A DNA stretch of 64,000 bases from Bacillota bacterium (lineage in GTDB: Bacteria; Bacillota; Clostridia; Oscillospirales; Ruminococcaceae): positions 9,685-73,684 of the forward strand of contig JAEZKF010000027.1 of the NCBI GenBank assembly GCA_023415575.1, read 5' to 3'. Under the pieces are notes generated by a model. That model made no database searches. It saw only the letters and a program-made list of their open reading frames with translations, and was not told the DNA's origin. Shown piece after piece: positions 55,595 through 64,000 of this stretch (position 1 is its first letter; each line of letters starts with the position of its first letter). The position numbers and the translations under genes were made by a program.

Positions 55595-56432
55595 GGTTTC
55601 ATTAAAGCGGATTTTCAAGCTATTCGGCATCACAGCCAAGATGGATTTGGCATGGCTTTTGCGCGATACCAAGTATGCCACCTCCTTAATTATTGCCGAC
55701 ATCCTCTCCAACCTTTCCACCATTTCGGCCGTGTACCTCGTTGCCCTGCGGTTTGGCGGCATCGGCGATATGAGCGAGGATGAAGTCCTGTTTATGATGG
55801 CCTATTCCACCCTCATCACCGGCGTGTTTATGCTGTTTGGTGCGGGCAACAACATCCACATCAGCCGCATCATCGGGCGCGGGCAATTAGAGCACATGTT
55901 TGTCCAGCCCCTGCCCCTGCGCGTCCAGCTGTTTACGGGCGGATTTAACCCCTTTACGGGCAGCAGCAACTTTATCGTGGGCTGCATCCTGCTTGTGATT
56001 TCAATCAAGCGGCTTTGCTTTCCCGTCACCATCGGATGGCTTGCCTTTTTGATTGGGTCTGTCCTTGTGACGATGGTCATCATCGTCGCCCGCGCCTACC
56101 TTGTGTCGTCCGTTGCTTTCTATGCCCCGGTCGCGGCGGAGGAGATTACCTACACCGCGATTGACTGCACATGGCTTCTGAGCACCTTCCCCCTATCCGG
56201 CATGCCGCGCCCCATTCAGTATATACTGCTCACCATTCTCCCGGAGGGACTTATGGCGTGGTTTCCCTCCCTCAGCCTGCTCGGCAGGCCCCCGTTAAAC
56301 CTAACCTCCTACTACCCGCTTTTGTTTGCCCTTGTTTTATCAATCATTGCGGGATACTTCTTTAGAAAAGGAATGAAATACTATGTCACCAAAGGCTCTA
56401 ACCGATATGTGCCCTACGGATTCCGCCGTTAG
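55584..56432 (+). CDS. ABC-2 type transporter permease (second subunit)
   Basis: Start at ATG 55584 (MAGRVSLKRIFKLFGITAKMDLAWLL), 11-nt overlap with the previous gene. Polytopic. Confidence 0.75.
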   Translation: MAGRVSLKRIFKLFGITAKMDLAWLLRDTKYATSLIIADILSNLSTISAVYLVALRFGGIGDMSEDEVLFMMAYSTLITGVFMLFGAGNNIHISRIIGRGQLEHMFVQPLPLRVQLFTGGFNPFTGSSNFIVGCILLVISIKRLCFPVTIGWLAFLIGSVLVTMVIIVARAYLVSSVAFYAPVAAEEITYTAIDCTWLLSTFPLSGMPRPIQYILLTILPEGLMAWFPSLSLLGRPPLNLTSYYPLLFALVLSIIAGYFFRKGMKYYVTKGSNRYVPYGFRR

Positions 56433-57402
56433 CGTCAGCAATGTTACAAAAACCTTCTGCCAATGGCAGCGCAGCAATACGGCTAAGAACATCATAAAAA
56501 ACCTCATAAAGCCCGAAAAGCGGGTTATCCGCGCGCTGGACGATGTGTCCTTTACGATAAAAAAGGGCGAGTTTGTCGCATATGCGGGCCCCAACGGTGC
56601 CGGTAAAAGCACGACCATGAAGCTTTTAAGCGGCATGCTCCTGCCCGACACGGGCGAGATTTCGGTTTTAAACCTTTCCCCCCAAAAGCAGCGCATTGCC
56701 CTTATGCGGCACCTAGGCGTACTCTTTGGCAACCGCACCGAGCTTTGGTGGGACCACCCGGTCATCCAAAGCTTTGAGTGGAAGAAGGTTGTGTGGGATA
56801 TCCCCGAAAAGGAATACCGGCAAAACCTTGAGATGGTCACAGAGCTGCTTGACCTCGGTGGACTCTTAAAAACCTTTGCGCGCGAGCTAAGTCTTGGTCA
56901 GCGCATGCGGGCAGACCTTGCCTTTATGCTTCTGCACAGCCCCGAGCTTATTTTGCTCGATGAGCCGACGCTCGGGCTTGATGTCTTTGCCAAGCGGCAG
57001 ATGATAGACTTCCTCAAAAAAATCAACAAGGAAAACGGCGTCACTATCATGGTCACAAGCCACGATATGGACGACCTTGAGGAGATGGCCCAGCGCATCC
57101 TGATGATTTCAGACGGTCGTGTCGCCTTTGACGGCAGCTTTGCCGCCCTGCGCGACATCACGGGAAACCTTACCCGCGTTATTGTCACTATGCCCGACAC
57201 CCATACCCCGCCGATGGAGGGCGAAAACCTGCTCTCCTACGAAAACGGGGTGTTTGAGTACGAGGTAGACCTTGCAAAGACTTCAGTCACCGATTTATTA
57301 AAGCGGCTTTCGCAGGTGCAGGGCGTGCAGGATATCGAGATTAAAAAGGCGCCCATTGAACAGGTTATCGCCTCCCTCTACCGCCAATGGAACCATCACT
57401 AA
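56383..57402 (+). CDS. ABC transporter ATP-binding protein
   Basis: Walker A GPNGAGKSTT, signature LSLGQRMR, Walker B LILLDEPTLGLD, plus a C-terminal accessory domain. Confidence 0.9.
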   Translation: MSPKALTDMCPTDSAVSVSNVTKTFCQWQRSNTAKNIIKNLIKPEKRVIRALDDVSFTIKKGEFVAYAGPNGAGKSTTMKLLSGMLLPDTGEISVLNLSPQKQRIALMRHLGVLFGNRTELWWDHPVIQSFEWKKVVWDIPEKEYRQNLEMVTELLDLGGLLKTFARELSLGQRMRADLAFMLLHSPELILLDEPTLGLDVFAKRQMIDFLKKINKENGVTIMVTSHDMDDLEEMAQRILMISDGRVAFDGSFAALRDITGNLTRVIVTMPDTHTPPMEGENLLSYENGVFEYEVDLAKTSVTDLLKRLSQVQGVQDIEIKKAPIEQVIASLYRQWNHH

Positions 57403-57410
57403 CCCAATAC

Positions 57411-57450
57411 AAAAACGGATATGCCCCCGTTGCTTGGGCATATCCGTTTT
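57411..57450. terminator. Bidirectional terminator between convergent operons
   Basis: AAAAACGGATATGCCC-loop-GGGCATATCCGTTTT. Confidence 0.7.
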
Positions 57451-57601
57451 ACTATTATTTGCGTGTTTGCCGCCGTGTAAACTCTGATAGGAAGAACAGA
57501 AAGACTTCGTTTGTTATGTAAGCGTGAGGGAAAATCTGCTGCCGAAATGTTAGTGAGATTGTTGTATCAAGACGGCTTAAAAACACGCGGAGGCAGGCAT
57601 T

Positions 57602-58666
57602 TTAGATCATCAGACCTCTGATTACCTTTACGAGTGAATCGTAGCCCTCAAGGAAGCTGGTGATGGTGTGTTTAAATCCGCCGTAGTTCTCAAACTCCTC
57701 AGGGGTCATACCCTTCTCGTCAAAGGACTTACTAAACTCGCTGATCTTGCGCAGCTCGCTCATAATCGACTCGCTCACAGGCTCATCGATGTGGCTTACT
57801 ACCTCTACATCGCAGTTGTTGATGAGCTTCTGCCAGGAGTAGTTGATGGTCTGGCAGAGGTCGCCGCCGATGAGCTGCGACCAGTGGTAGTGGTTGCGGT
57901 TTGCAGCCGACAAAAGGCGGGTGGTGTATCCGCGCTCCTTGTAGATGCGGTATGCCTCCTTGATAACGGCAACACCGGCCCACTCAAGGCACTCGGGGTT
58001 TACTACCTGACCGATTTTTGCGGTGTATGCCTTCATCCAGTCGTCGGTTCTGCCGATCATGATGGTGCATACGGGCGACATCTCGTCGCAGGGCAGACCC
58101 TCTGCCCTTCTGCGGGCAAGGCCGCGCTCAACAGCCTCTGCTACGGCTACTGCCTGGGCAACCGTAAAGGACACGGTTGCGTTGATGCTGATGCCGCGGT
58201 AGGTAGCCTCCTCCATCGCGCGCACACCGGCTGCGGAGGTAGGCATCTTAACCTGCATGTTCTTGCCGAGGCTGTTAAGATGAACAGCCTGCTCAACCAT
58301 GCGGTCAGCATCGCGGTAGTATTTTGCGTTTGTTTGTATCGAAAGTCTGCCCTTTTTGCCCTTGTACTGCTCAAATAAGGGCAGAAGCTTCTTGCTGCGC
58401 TCTGCGCCCACCTCGTCGATAAGCTTCCATACAACGTCATCCTCAGAGAAGGTGGGGTTTTCTGAGATAATCTTCTTAATGCGGGGCTCCCAGTAAGAGA
58501 GTTCGTTTTTTACAACTGCACCTACAATGATGGGGTTGCTGGTTGCGCCTACGCATCCGCGCTCAAGGCCGTAGTTTAATTCCTCTTCACCGCAGGAATC
58601 GATCCATATATCGGTTTGCGGAAACTTGACTGCCGTTTCATGCAGCTTTCCTTTATATTCGCTCAT
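57602..58666 (-). CDS. Transaldolase family protein (long form)
   Basis: 354 aa. GATSNPII, RLSIQTNA and the VKMPTSAAG Schiff-base lysine region. Confidence 0.8.
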   Translation of the reverse strand: MSEYKGKLHETAVKFPQTDIWIDSCGEEELNYGLERGCVGATSNPIIVGAVVKNELSYWEPRIKKIISENPTFSEDDVVWKLIDEVGAERSKKLLPLFEQYKGKKGRLSIQTNAKYYRDADRMVEQAVHLNSLGKNMQVKMPTSAAGVRAMEEATYRGISINATVSFTVAQAVAVAEAVERGLARRRAEGLPCDEMSPVCTIMIGRTDDWMKAYTAKIGQVVNPECLEWAGVAVIKEAYRIYKERGYTTRLLSAANRNHYHWSQLIGGDLCQTINYSWQKLINNCDVEVVSHIDEPVSESIMSELRKISEFSKSFDEKGMTPEEFENYGGFKHTITSFLEGYDSLVKVIRGLMI

Positions 58667-58845
58667 GATTTATGACCTCTCCTTTTTGTGTGGGGGCAAA
58701 TTCCCCCTAAACCCTCAAAGCATCTTGCTTATAAGGCTGCCATACGCAACCTTTGCCCTGCCCAGGTGCTTGCACATACGCAAGCACTTGGGCATATTCA
58801 TGCGCATGACATGCGCCAGGCAAAAGTTCTACACAGGCAAGAAAA

Positions 58846-60162
58846 TTACTCGATGATTTCAAAGTTCATCATTTTAGCGAAGCGCTTTAGAACACCGCGA
58901 TACTCGCCGTATACAAACGCAACGTGATGTGCAATACCGTTGGAGATAACCGAATCCAGCAGCTCGTTGATATCCTGCTCAAAGCGTACCTTTACATAGG
59001 TACCGGTCAGCTGTTTCTTCATCGGGATGGTATCGCCTGCGCACAGGAACATTCTGGTCTTGCCGCGGGCGGTGTCAATGCGCATCATGTTGATGTGGCC
59101 ATCCATCATAACAAAGCCGGCTGTTACACCCTTGCCGCCTGCAAAGTATGTATCAAGGCTTCTGTCGCTGATGCCGTCCCAGAGGTTCGCGGGAGCAACA
59201 CCGCAGTGCCACATCAGAGCAAAGTTTTCAGAAAGGTCAACCTGAGAAAGGTCAGCAAGATAGGGGGTCTCTACACCCAGAGCCTTGGTCGCGAGCATGG
59301 AGAGTGCGCCCTCGATGTCGCCCTCGCAGGCGATGATGCGGCCGCGGGACTGCAGGATGGACATTGAAGCACAGGGCGAGATGCCGTAGGTCGCTGCAAA
59401 TTCCGGCCAGCAGCGAACTGCTACGCAATCGAGCTTATTGAGGTCCATGAACTTCTCGATGCTCACGCACAGGCCTGCCACCTTGCGAACCTGGGTATCG
59501 GTTACAAACTTGGTGGTGAACAACTTGCGGACGTTTACTTCCTCCGCGTCGATCTCTTCCTCTGTTACAGGCTGACCGAACATATCGGAAAGCTCGTAGT
59601 GGTCAATCAAAATACCGGTCTTGCGGTAAATGTCAAGGTCATCGGTGCCTACGTTGAAGAAGCCGTGTGCACGGTAGCCGACAATACCGACATGGGCATT
59701 CTCAAGGGCTACCTTTGCCTTGAGGGCCTGTACCCACTCCTCGTCAATCCAGTCGCCGATGGTGTAGCTTACGTTGTCAAATCCGGCCTTGTAGAGGTTG
59801 GAAGCATTGAGGTTCAGGCCGCAAACAGCATTCAGGCGAATCTTGCCGCCGTCATAGGGCAGCTCGTTGAAGGCCCACAGCAGAATGGGCTTGTGGATGT
59901 ACTTTGCAAGTACGAGAGCAAGGTGTCCGAGGTGGAAGGTACCGCTGATGATAACAAGGCCGTCGACATTTGCAGCCAGCATCTTCTCAGCAGCAGCCTT
60001 TGCGTCCTCAACCTCGATTACGGTCTTCTCTTCAAACACAAAGTCTACATCCGAAAGCTTTGTGCGCAGCTCTTCCATCTTACCGTTGTAGATTTCCTGC
60101 GCGGTTTTGTAATCGTATGTAGTACGAACAAGGCATACAACGCCTAATTTAACCTTCTTCAT
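58846..60162 (-). CDS. L-fucose/L-arabinose isomerase family protein
   Basis: 438 aa from ATG 60162 (MKKVKLGVVCLVRTTYDY). LNAVCGLNLNASNL and IACEGDIEGALSMLATKALG are typical of the family as I remember it. Confidence 0.65.
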   Translation of the reverse strand: MKKVKLGVVCLVRTTYDYKTAQEIYNGKMEELRTKLSDVDFVFEEKTVIEVEDAKAAAEKMLAANVDGLVIISGTFHLGHLALVLAKYIHKPILLWAFNELPYDGGKIRLNAVCGLNLNASNLYKAGFDNVSYTIGDWIDEEWVQALKAKVALENAHVGIVGYRAHGFFNVGTDDLDIYRKTGILIDHYELSDMFGQPVTEEEIDAEEVNVRKLFTTKFVTDTQVRKVAGLCVSIEKFMDLNKLDCVAVRCWPEFAATYGISPCASMSILQSRGRIIACEGDIEGALSMLATKALGVETPYLADLSQVDLSENFALMWHCGVAPANLWDGISDRSLDTYFAGGKGVTAGFVMMDGHINMMRIDTARGKTRMFLCAGDTIPMKKQLTGTYVKVRFEQDINELLDSVISNGIAHHVAFVYGEYRGVLKRFAKMMNFEIIE

Positions 60163-60184
60163 TTCTCTTTTTTCTCTCCTTACA

Positions 60185-60862
60185 TCATTCTTTTGCGGTG
60201 TTGTCCCACGCGTCGCAGAACACATCCAGACCATAGGAGGTGAAGGGGTGCTTGAAGCTCTCCTTGTACACATCCAGTCCGCAGGTTACGATGTCTGCGC
60301 CCAGTGCCGCATAGTCGGCAATCTGCTTGCCGTTGCGTACAGCCGCAACGATAATCTCTGTCTTGAAATCGAAGTTGCGGTAAATCTGTACGATGTCGCT
60401 GATGTAGGAGTAAGCATCGTCGCCGTTGTTTTCCTTCCAGCCTACAAAGGGGCTTACAAACTTAGCGCCCAGCTTTGCAACCGGAATTGCCTGAGAGGGT
60501 GAGAACACCAGCGTTACGTTGGTGCGGATACCCATCTGCTCAAGCTTCTTTGCGGCGATCAGGCCCTGTTCGGTGCAGGGAATCTTGATAACATAGTTCT
60601 TGGAGTAGGAGGCAATCTCTTTTGCTGCCTCAATAAAGTCCTCGGCCTTGTCGAGGTGGGGGTTGATTTCGAAGGAGATGGGGAAATCCTTGCCCTCAAG
60701 GTCTGCTTCCTTCAGCCAAGCAGCTACATCCTTTACGCACTGCATAAAGGGCTTGCCGCTTAACTTGATGTGCTTGGGGTTGGTGGTAACGCCGTCTATG
60801 CAGTAGTTTTCATACGCATACTTAATCTCGTCGAGCTTTGCACTATCCAGAAAATACTTCAT
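60185..60862 (-). CDS. Fructose-6-phosphate aldolase / transaldolase, short (type 3B) family
   Basis: 225 aa. MKYFLDSAKLDEI, GVTTNP, the IKIPCTEQG catalytic lysine, and SPFVGW. Confidence 0.85.
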   Translation of the reverse strand: MKYFLDSAKLDEIKYAYENYCIDGVTTNPKHIKLSGKPFMQCVKDVAAWLKEADLEGKDFPISFEINPHLDKAEDFIEAAKEIASYSKNYVIKIPCTEQGLIAAKKLEQMGIRTNVTLVFSPSQAIPVAKLGAKFVSPFVGWKENNGDDAYSYISDIVQIYRNFDFKTEIIVAAVRNGKQIADYAALGADIVTCGLDVYKESFKHPFTSYGLDVFCDAWDNTAKE

Positions 60863-60887
60863 CGTTTGCTGCCTTCTCTCTCGATAA

Positions 60888-61829
60888 TTACTTGTTGTTT
60901 ATTGCTTTTTTTGCTGCGTCTATGATGTTGCTTGCAAGCAGGCCGTACTTCTCCATCAGATAAGCCGTACTGCCTACCTCGCCGAAATGATCCTTTACGC
61001 CGACACGCTCAAGCACAATCTTGTGCTCGTCTAAGCACTCTGCAACGGCAGCGCCAAGTCCGCCGATTACCGAGTGGTTCTCCGCCGTAACAACAGCCTT
61101 TGTCTTGAGTGCGCTCTTAATAACAAGCTCGCGGTCAATCGGCTTTACGGTGTGGATGTTGATAACCTCTGCGCTGATGCCCTCCTCGGCAAGACGCTCT
61201 GCAGCCTCAATTGCCTGAGCGGTCTCAATACCGCTTGCAAAGATGGTAACATCGCTGCCTTCGCGCATCACGATGCCCTTGCCAAGCTCAAAGGTGCAGT
61301 CATCATCAAATACCTTAACGGCGTTTCTGCGCAATAGTCGCATATATACCGGGCCCTCGTGGGCGAGAATCTGCGGGAATGCCTTTTTAAGCTGCGCGCT
61401 GTCGGTCGGCTCAAACACCACAAGCCCCGGGATGTTGCGCATAATCGAAACATCCTCCATGCTCATGTGGGTGCCGCCGTTGAGCTCTGCGGTAACACCG
61501 GGGTCGCTGCCCACCATCTTGACGTTAAGACCGGCATACACAACCGAAAGAGTTACCTGGTCGCATACGCGGCGGGTCGCAAAGGGGGTGAAGGTGTGGG
61601 TAAACGGAATCTTACCCATAGCGGAAAGTCCGGCCGCAACACCAATCATGTTTGCCTCGGCAATACCTACGTTAATAACCTGGTCGGGATAGGACTCCTG
61701 AAACCGCAGGGTGCCGGCCGCACGCATGAGGTCGGCCTCGACCAAAACGATGTCCTTGTTCTTTCCCGCGTACTCCAAAAGCAGGTCAACGTATGTTTCT
61801 CTAAGCCAAGTCTTTTCCAGTTCCAACAT
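60888..61829 (-). CDS. Transketolase, C-terminal (pyrimidine-binding) subunit
   Basis: 313 aa. NVGIAEANMIGVAAGLS and THMSMEDVSIMRNIPG. Confidence 0.9.
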   Translation of the reverse strand: MLELEKTWLRETYVDLLLEYAGKNKDIVLVEADLMRAAGTLRFQESYPDQVINVGIAEANMIGVAAGLSAMGKIPFTHTFTPFATRRVCDQVTLSVVYAGLNVKMVGSDPGVTAELNGGTHMSMEDVSIMRNIPGLVVFEPTDSAQLKKAFPQILAHEGPVYMRLLRRNAVKVFDDDCTFELGKGIVMREGSDVTIFASGIETAQAIEAAERLAEEGISAEVINIHTVKPIDRELVIKSALKTKAVVTAENHSVIGGLGAAVAECLDEHKIVLERVGVKDHFGEVGSTAYLMEKYGLLASNIIDAAKKAINNK

Positions 61830-62662
61830 TACGCCTGACCTCCTTCATCCAGCAGGGCGACTGCCTTTTTCCACATCTCTTCTGTGATTGCCATGTTGTG
61901 CGAGGTCACCTGTCCTTCGCAGAAGTAAGCGCCCTTGCCCTTTATGGTGTTGAGAATAATCATTGAGGGTTTTTCCTTTTGGTTTTTTGCGTTATCAATC
62001 GCCTGAGCAATCGCTGCGACATCGTGGCCGTCTACCGACTGCACATAGAAGCCGAAGGCCTCCCACTTCTTATCCAGCGGGTCAAGACCGTTGACCTGCT
62101 CGGTGGTGCCGTCAATCTGCATGCGGTTGTAGTCGGTAAAGGCAATCAGGGTGTGCAGCTTGCGGCTGCCCGCAAACATCGCTGCCTCCCAGATTTGGCC
62201 CTCTTGGCTTTCGCCGTCGCCGATGATGGAATAGATATGCAAATCGCGGTTGTCCATCTTCGCGGCCATTGCCATACCGGTTGCCGCCGAGAAGCCCTGA
62301 CCGAGAGAACCGGTGGTCATATCAATACCCCTGGTCTTGAGGCGGTCGCAGTGGCTGGGCAGGTTGGTGCCCGGGCGGTTGAGGGTATCAAGCTCTTCTT
62401 TGGGGATAAACCCGCGCAAAGCGAGCGCCGCATAGAGGGCGGGGCCGCCGTGACCCTTGGAGAGCACGAAACGGTCGCGGTTCTCCATCAGGGGGTTTTG
62501 CGGGTCTATGTTCATGCTGTGAAAGTATAAGACTGCAAGCACATCACAGATGGAAAGGCAGCCTCCGATGTGACCGACCCCCAGCTTACCGATGCACTCG
62601 ATGGTGAGCTTGCGTATGTCGTTTGCGCGCGACTCAAGCTCCTTTATCTTTAGTTCATTCAT
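61829..62662 (-). CDS. Transketolase, N-terminal (TPP-binding) subunit
   Basis: 277 aa from ATG 62662. GHIGGCLSICD, SKGHGGPALYA and GDGESQEGQIWEA. 1-nt overlap with the C-terminal subunit gene. Confidence 0.9.
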   Translation of the reverse strand: MNELKIKELESRANDIRKLTIECIGKLGVGHIGGCLSICDVLAVLYFHSMNIDPQNPLMENRDRFVLSKGHGGPALYAALALRGFIPKEELDTLNRPGTNLPSHCDRLKTRGIDMTTGSLGQGFSAATGMAMAAKMDNRDLHIYSIIGDGESQEGQIWEAAMFAGSRKLHTLIAFTDYNRMQIDGTTEQVNGLDPLDKKWEAFGFYVQSVDGHDVAAIAQAIDNAKNQKEKPSMIILNTIKGKGAYFCEGQVTSHNMAITEEMWKKAVALLDEGGQA

Positions 62663-62778
62663 GTAAGACCTCCATCTCGCCGCAAGGCGGCGATACAAAC
62701 AAAGGATTTCCTTTACGGGCATTTTGCCCGCTTGTGCACAAGGTTCAGCGCGCTATGCGCCTTCCCTAAAGGTTAGCC

Positions 62779-63897
62779 CTAGCGAAAAGAGCGGTACATC
62801 TTGTACAGCATATCGTCGGTGATGTCCACCGGCGCGTTCAGCATATTGGGGTGTCTGCTCTCCTTCACCAACAGGTCGATGTCGCTGTCGGTCAGGTTGA
62901 GATCCTTTAAGTCGGTGCGAAGGCCCGTATTCTTCTTGATTTCATAGATACGGTCGCACAGGTCATCGGTATCCTTAAACCCAACCTCACGCGCAAGAGC
63001 ATCCAGTCTTCCGCCCTCGGCGTCCTTGCACAGACGGGTGAAGTAGTCAAGCGTCAGTGCGCAGGCCTCGCCATGCGGGATGTGATAACGGTTTGTGAGA
63101 ACGAAGGAGCACGCATGCGAGGCACCCGTCTTGGGCAGGTTGAAGCTCAGGCCCGCAATCAGCGAGGCCTCGGCCATCTTCTCTTTTGCCTCTTTGTCAA
63201 TCTCCTTGGAGCAAGCGCGCTCAAGATATGTAAACACCAGCTTGATTGCATGCGCGGCAAAAATGTCGCAGATGGGCTGATGGTTGCGGCTGTAAAAGCC
63301 TTCTATCGCGTGCGCCAATACATCCAGTCCGGTTGCAGCAGCTACCTTTGGCGGTACGCTGTAGGTGAGCACCGGATCGACTACCGCATACTTTGGGTAG
63401 AACGCATCACTGACAATCGGCGCCTTAATGCCTTTTTCTTCATTGGTTACTACGCTTACCGCCGTTACCTCGCTGCCGGTGCCCGCGGTAGAGGGCAGCG
63501 CGAACAGGGGCAGTCCTCCCATGGGGACCGGTACGCCGGTGGCGTGGTATTTTGTGATGGAATCACTCGTATGTGCAATAGCCGCCGCGGCCTTAGCACA
63601 GTCGATGCAGCTTCCGCCGCCTACCGCAACAACGTAATCCGCCTTGGTGTTTCGCACAAGCTGTGCAAAATCATCGATGTTTTTTACGGTCGGGTTGGGC
63701 TGGAAATCACTGAACACCTCGGTGATCTGCCCGCCAGAGAGCGCAAGCAGTTCGGCTGCTACGCCGTTGTCCGCCAAAAAGCGATCACAGATGAGGACGC
63801 CTTTTTTGCAGCCTAACTTTTGCGCTATCTCAAATACCTTTTTGCGGCTGTCGTTACCGAATACAATTTTGACCGGCTGCTGATATTCCCAGTACAT
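62779..63897 (-). CDS. Iron-containing (group III) alcohol dehydrogenase family protein
   Basis: 372 aa. VAVGGGSCIDCAK, PSTAGTGSEVT, LDVLAHAIE and IPHGEACA metal/NAD motifs. First gene of the minus-strand sugar cluster. Confidence 0.85.
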   Translation of the reverse strand: MYWEYQQPVKIVFGNDSRKKVFEIAQKLGCKKGVLICDRFLADNGVAAELLALSGGQITEVFSDFQPNPTVKNIDDFAQLVRNTKADYVVAVGGGSCIDCAKAAAAIAHTSDSITKYHATGVPVPMGGLPLFALPSTAGTGSEVTAVSVVTNEEKGIKAPIVSDAFYPKYAVVDPVLTYSVPPKVAAATGLDVLAHAIEGFYSRNHQPICDIFAAHAIKLVFTYLERACSKEIDKEAKEKMAEASLIAGLSFNLPKTGASHACSFVLTNRYHIPHGEACALTLDYFTRLCKDAEGGRLDALAREVGFKDTDDLCDRIYEIKKNTGLRTDLKDLNLTDSDIDLLVKESRHPNMLNAPVDITDDMLYKMYRSFR

Positions 63898-64000
63898 AAC
63901 AACACAACCTCCATCGCCGCTAAGCGGCTTTGCTATTTTGGGCGCACTTTAACAAGGCAAGCCCGAAAATGCCTTTTTAGGACTTGCTTTACGCCGTCTT

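Overview
Chromosomal window from a GC-rich, Clostridia-type Firmicute, judged from gene content, strong GGAGG-type ribosome binding sites and hairpin plus T-run terminators. About 60 coding genes are supportable. Housekeeping genes: a V-type ATPase operon in the Enterococcus hirae order ntpF-I-K-E-C-G-A-B (minus strand, cut by the left edge), degV, typA, rplM-rpsI, pyrC, ybaK, proBA, pyk and rpiB. Accessory blocks: a sugar-type (CUT2-like) ABC importer with a lipoprotein binding protein and a coupled small membrane protein; a low-GC NUDIX and hydrolase islet; a TipA-type MerR regulator; a tRNA-Trp T-box controlling a stand-alone TrpB2-type gene; a chemoreceptor translationally coupled to an extracytoplasmic FMN-binding lipoprotein; two near-identical 138-bp structured repeats in a 3' UTR; a GtrB-like/YfhO glycosylation pair; an ECF sigma/anti-sigma cluster with two secreted proteins; a wbpA/B/D/E-like UDP-diacetamido-glucuronate operon; an MNT-HEPN pair; a riboswitch-like leader in front of a small polytopic membrane protein; an ABC-2 exporter behind a long terminator-containing leader with a 66-codon ORF; and a cluster of Fe-ADH, split transketolase, aldolase, FucI-like isomerase and transaldolase at the right edge. 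I saw no rRNA, tRNA, CRISPR array, transposase, integrase or phage genes. No classical defence island is evident. The best candidates for undescribed biology are the chemoreceptor/FMN_bind module, the 138-bp repeat family, the two divergent leaders at 54.2-54.8 kb, and the transketolase-centred sugar cluster. All family names come from reading the translations and motifs by eye, not from database searches.
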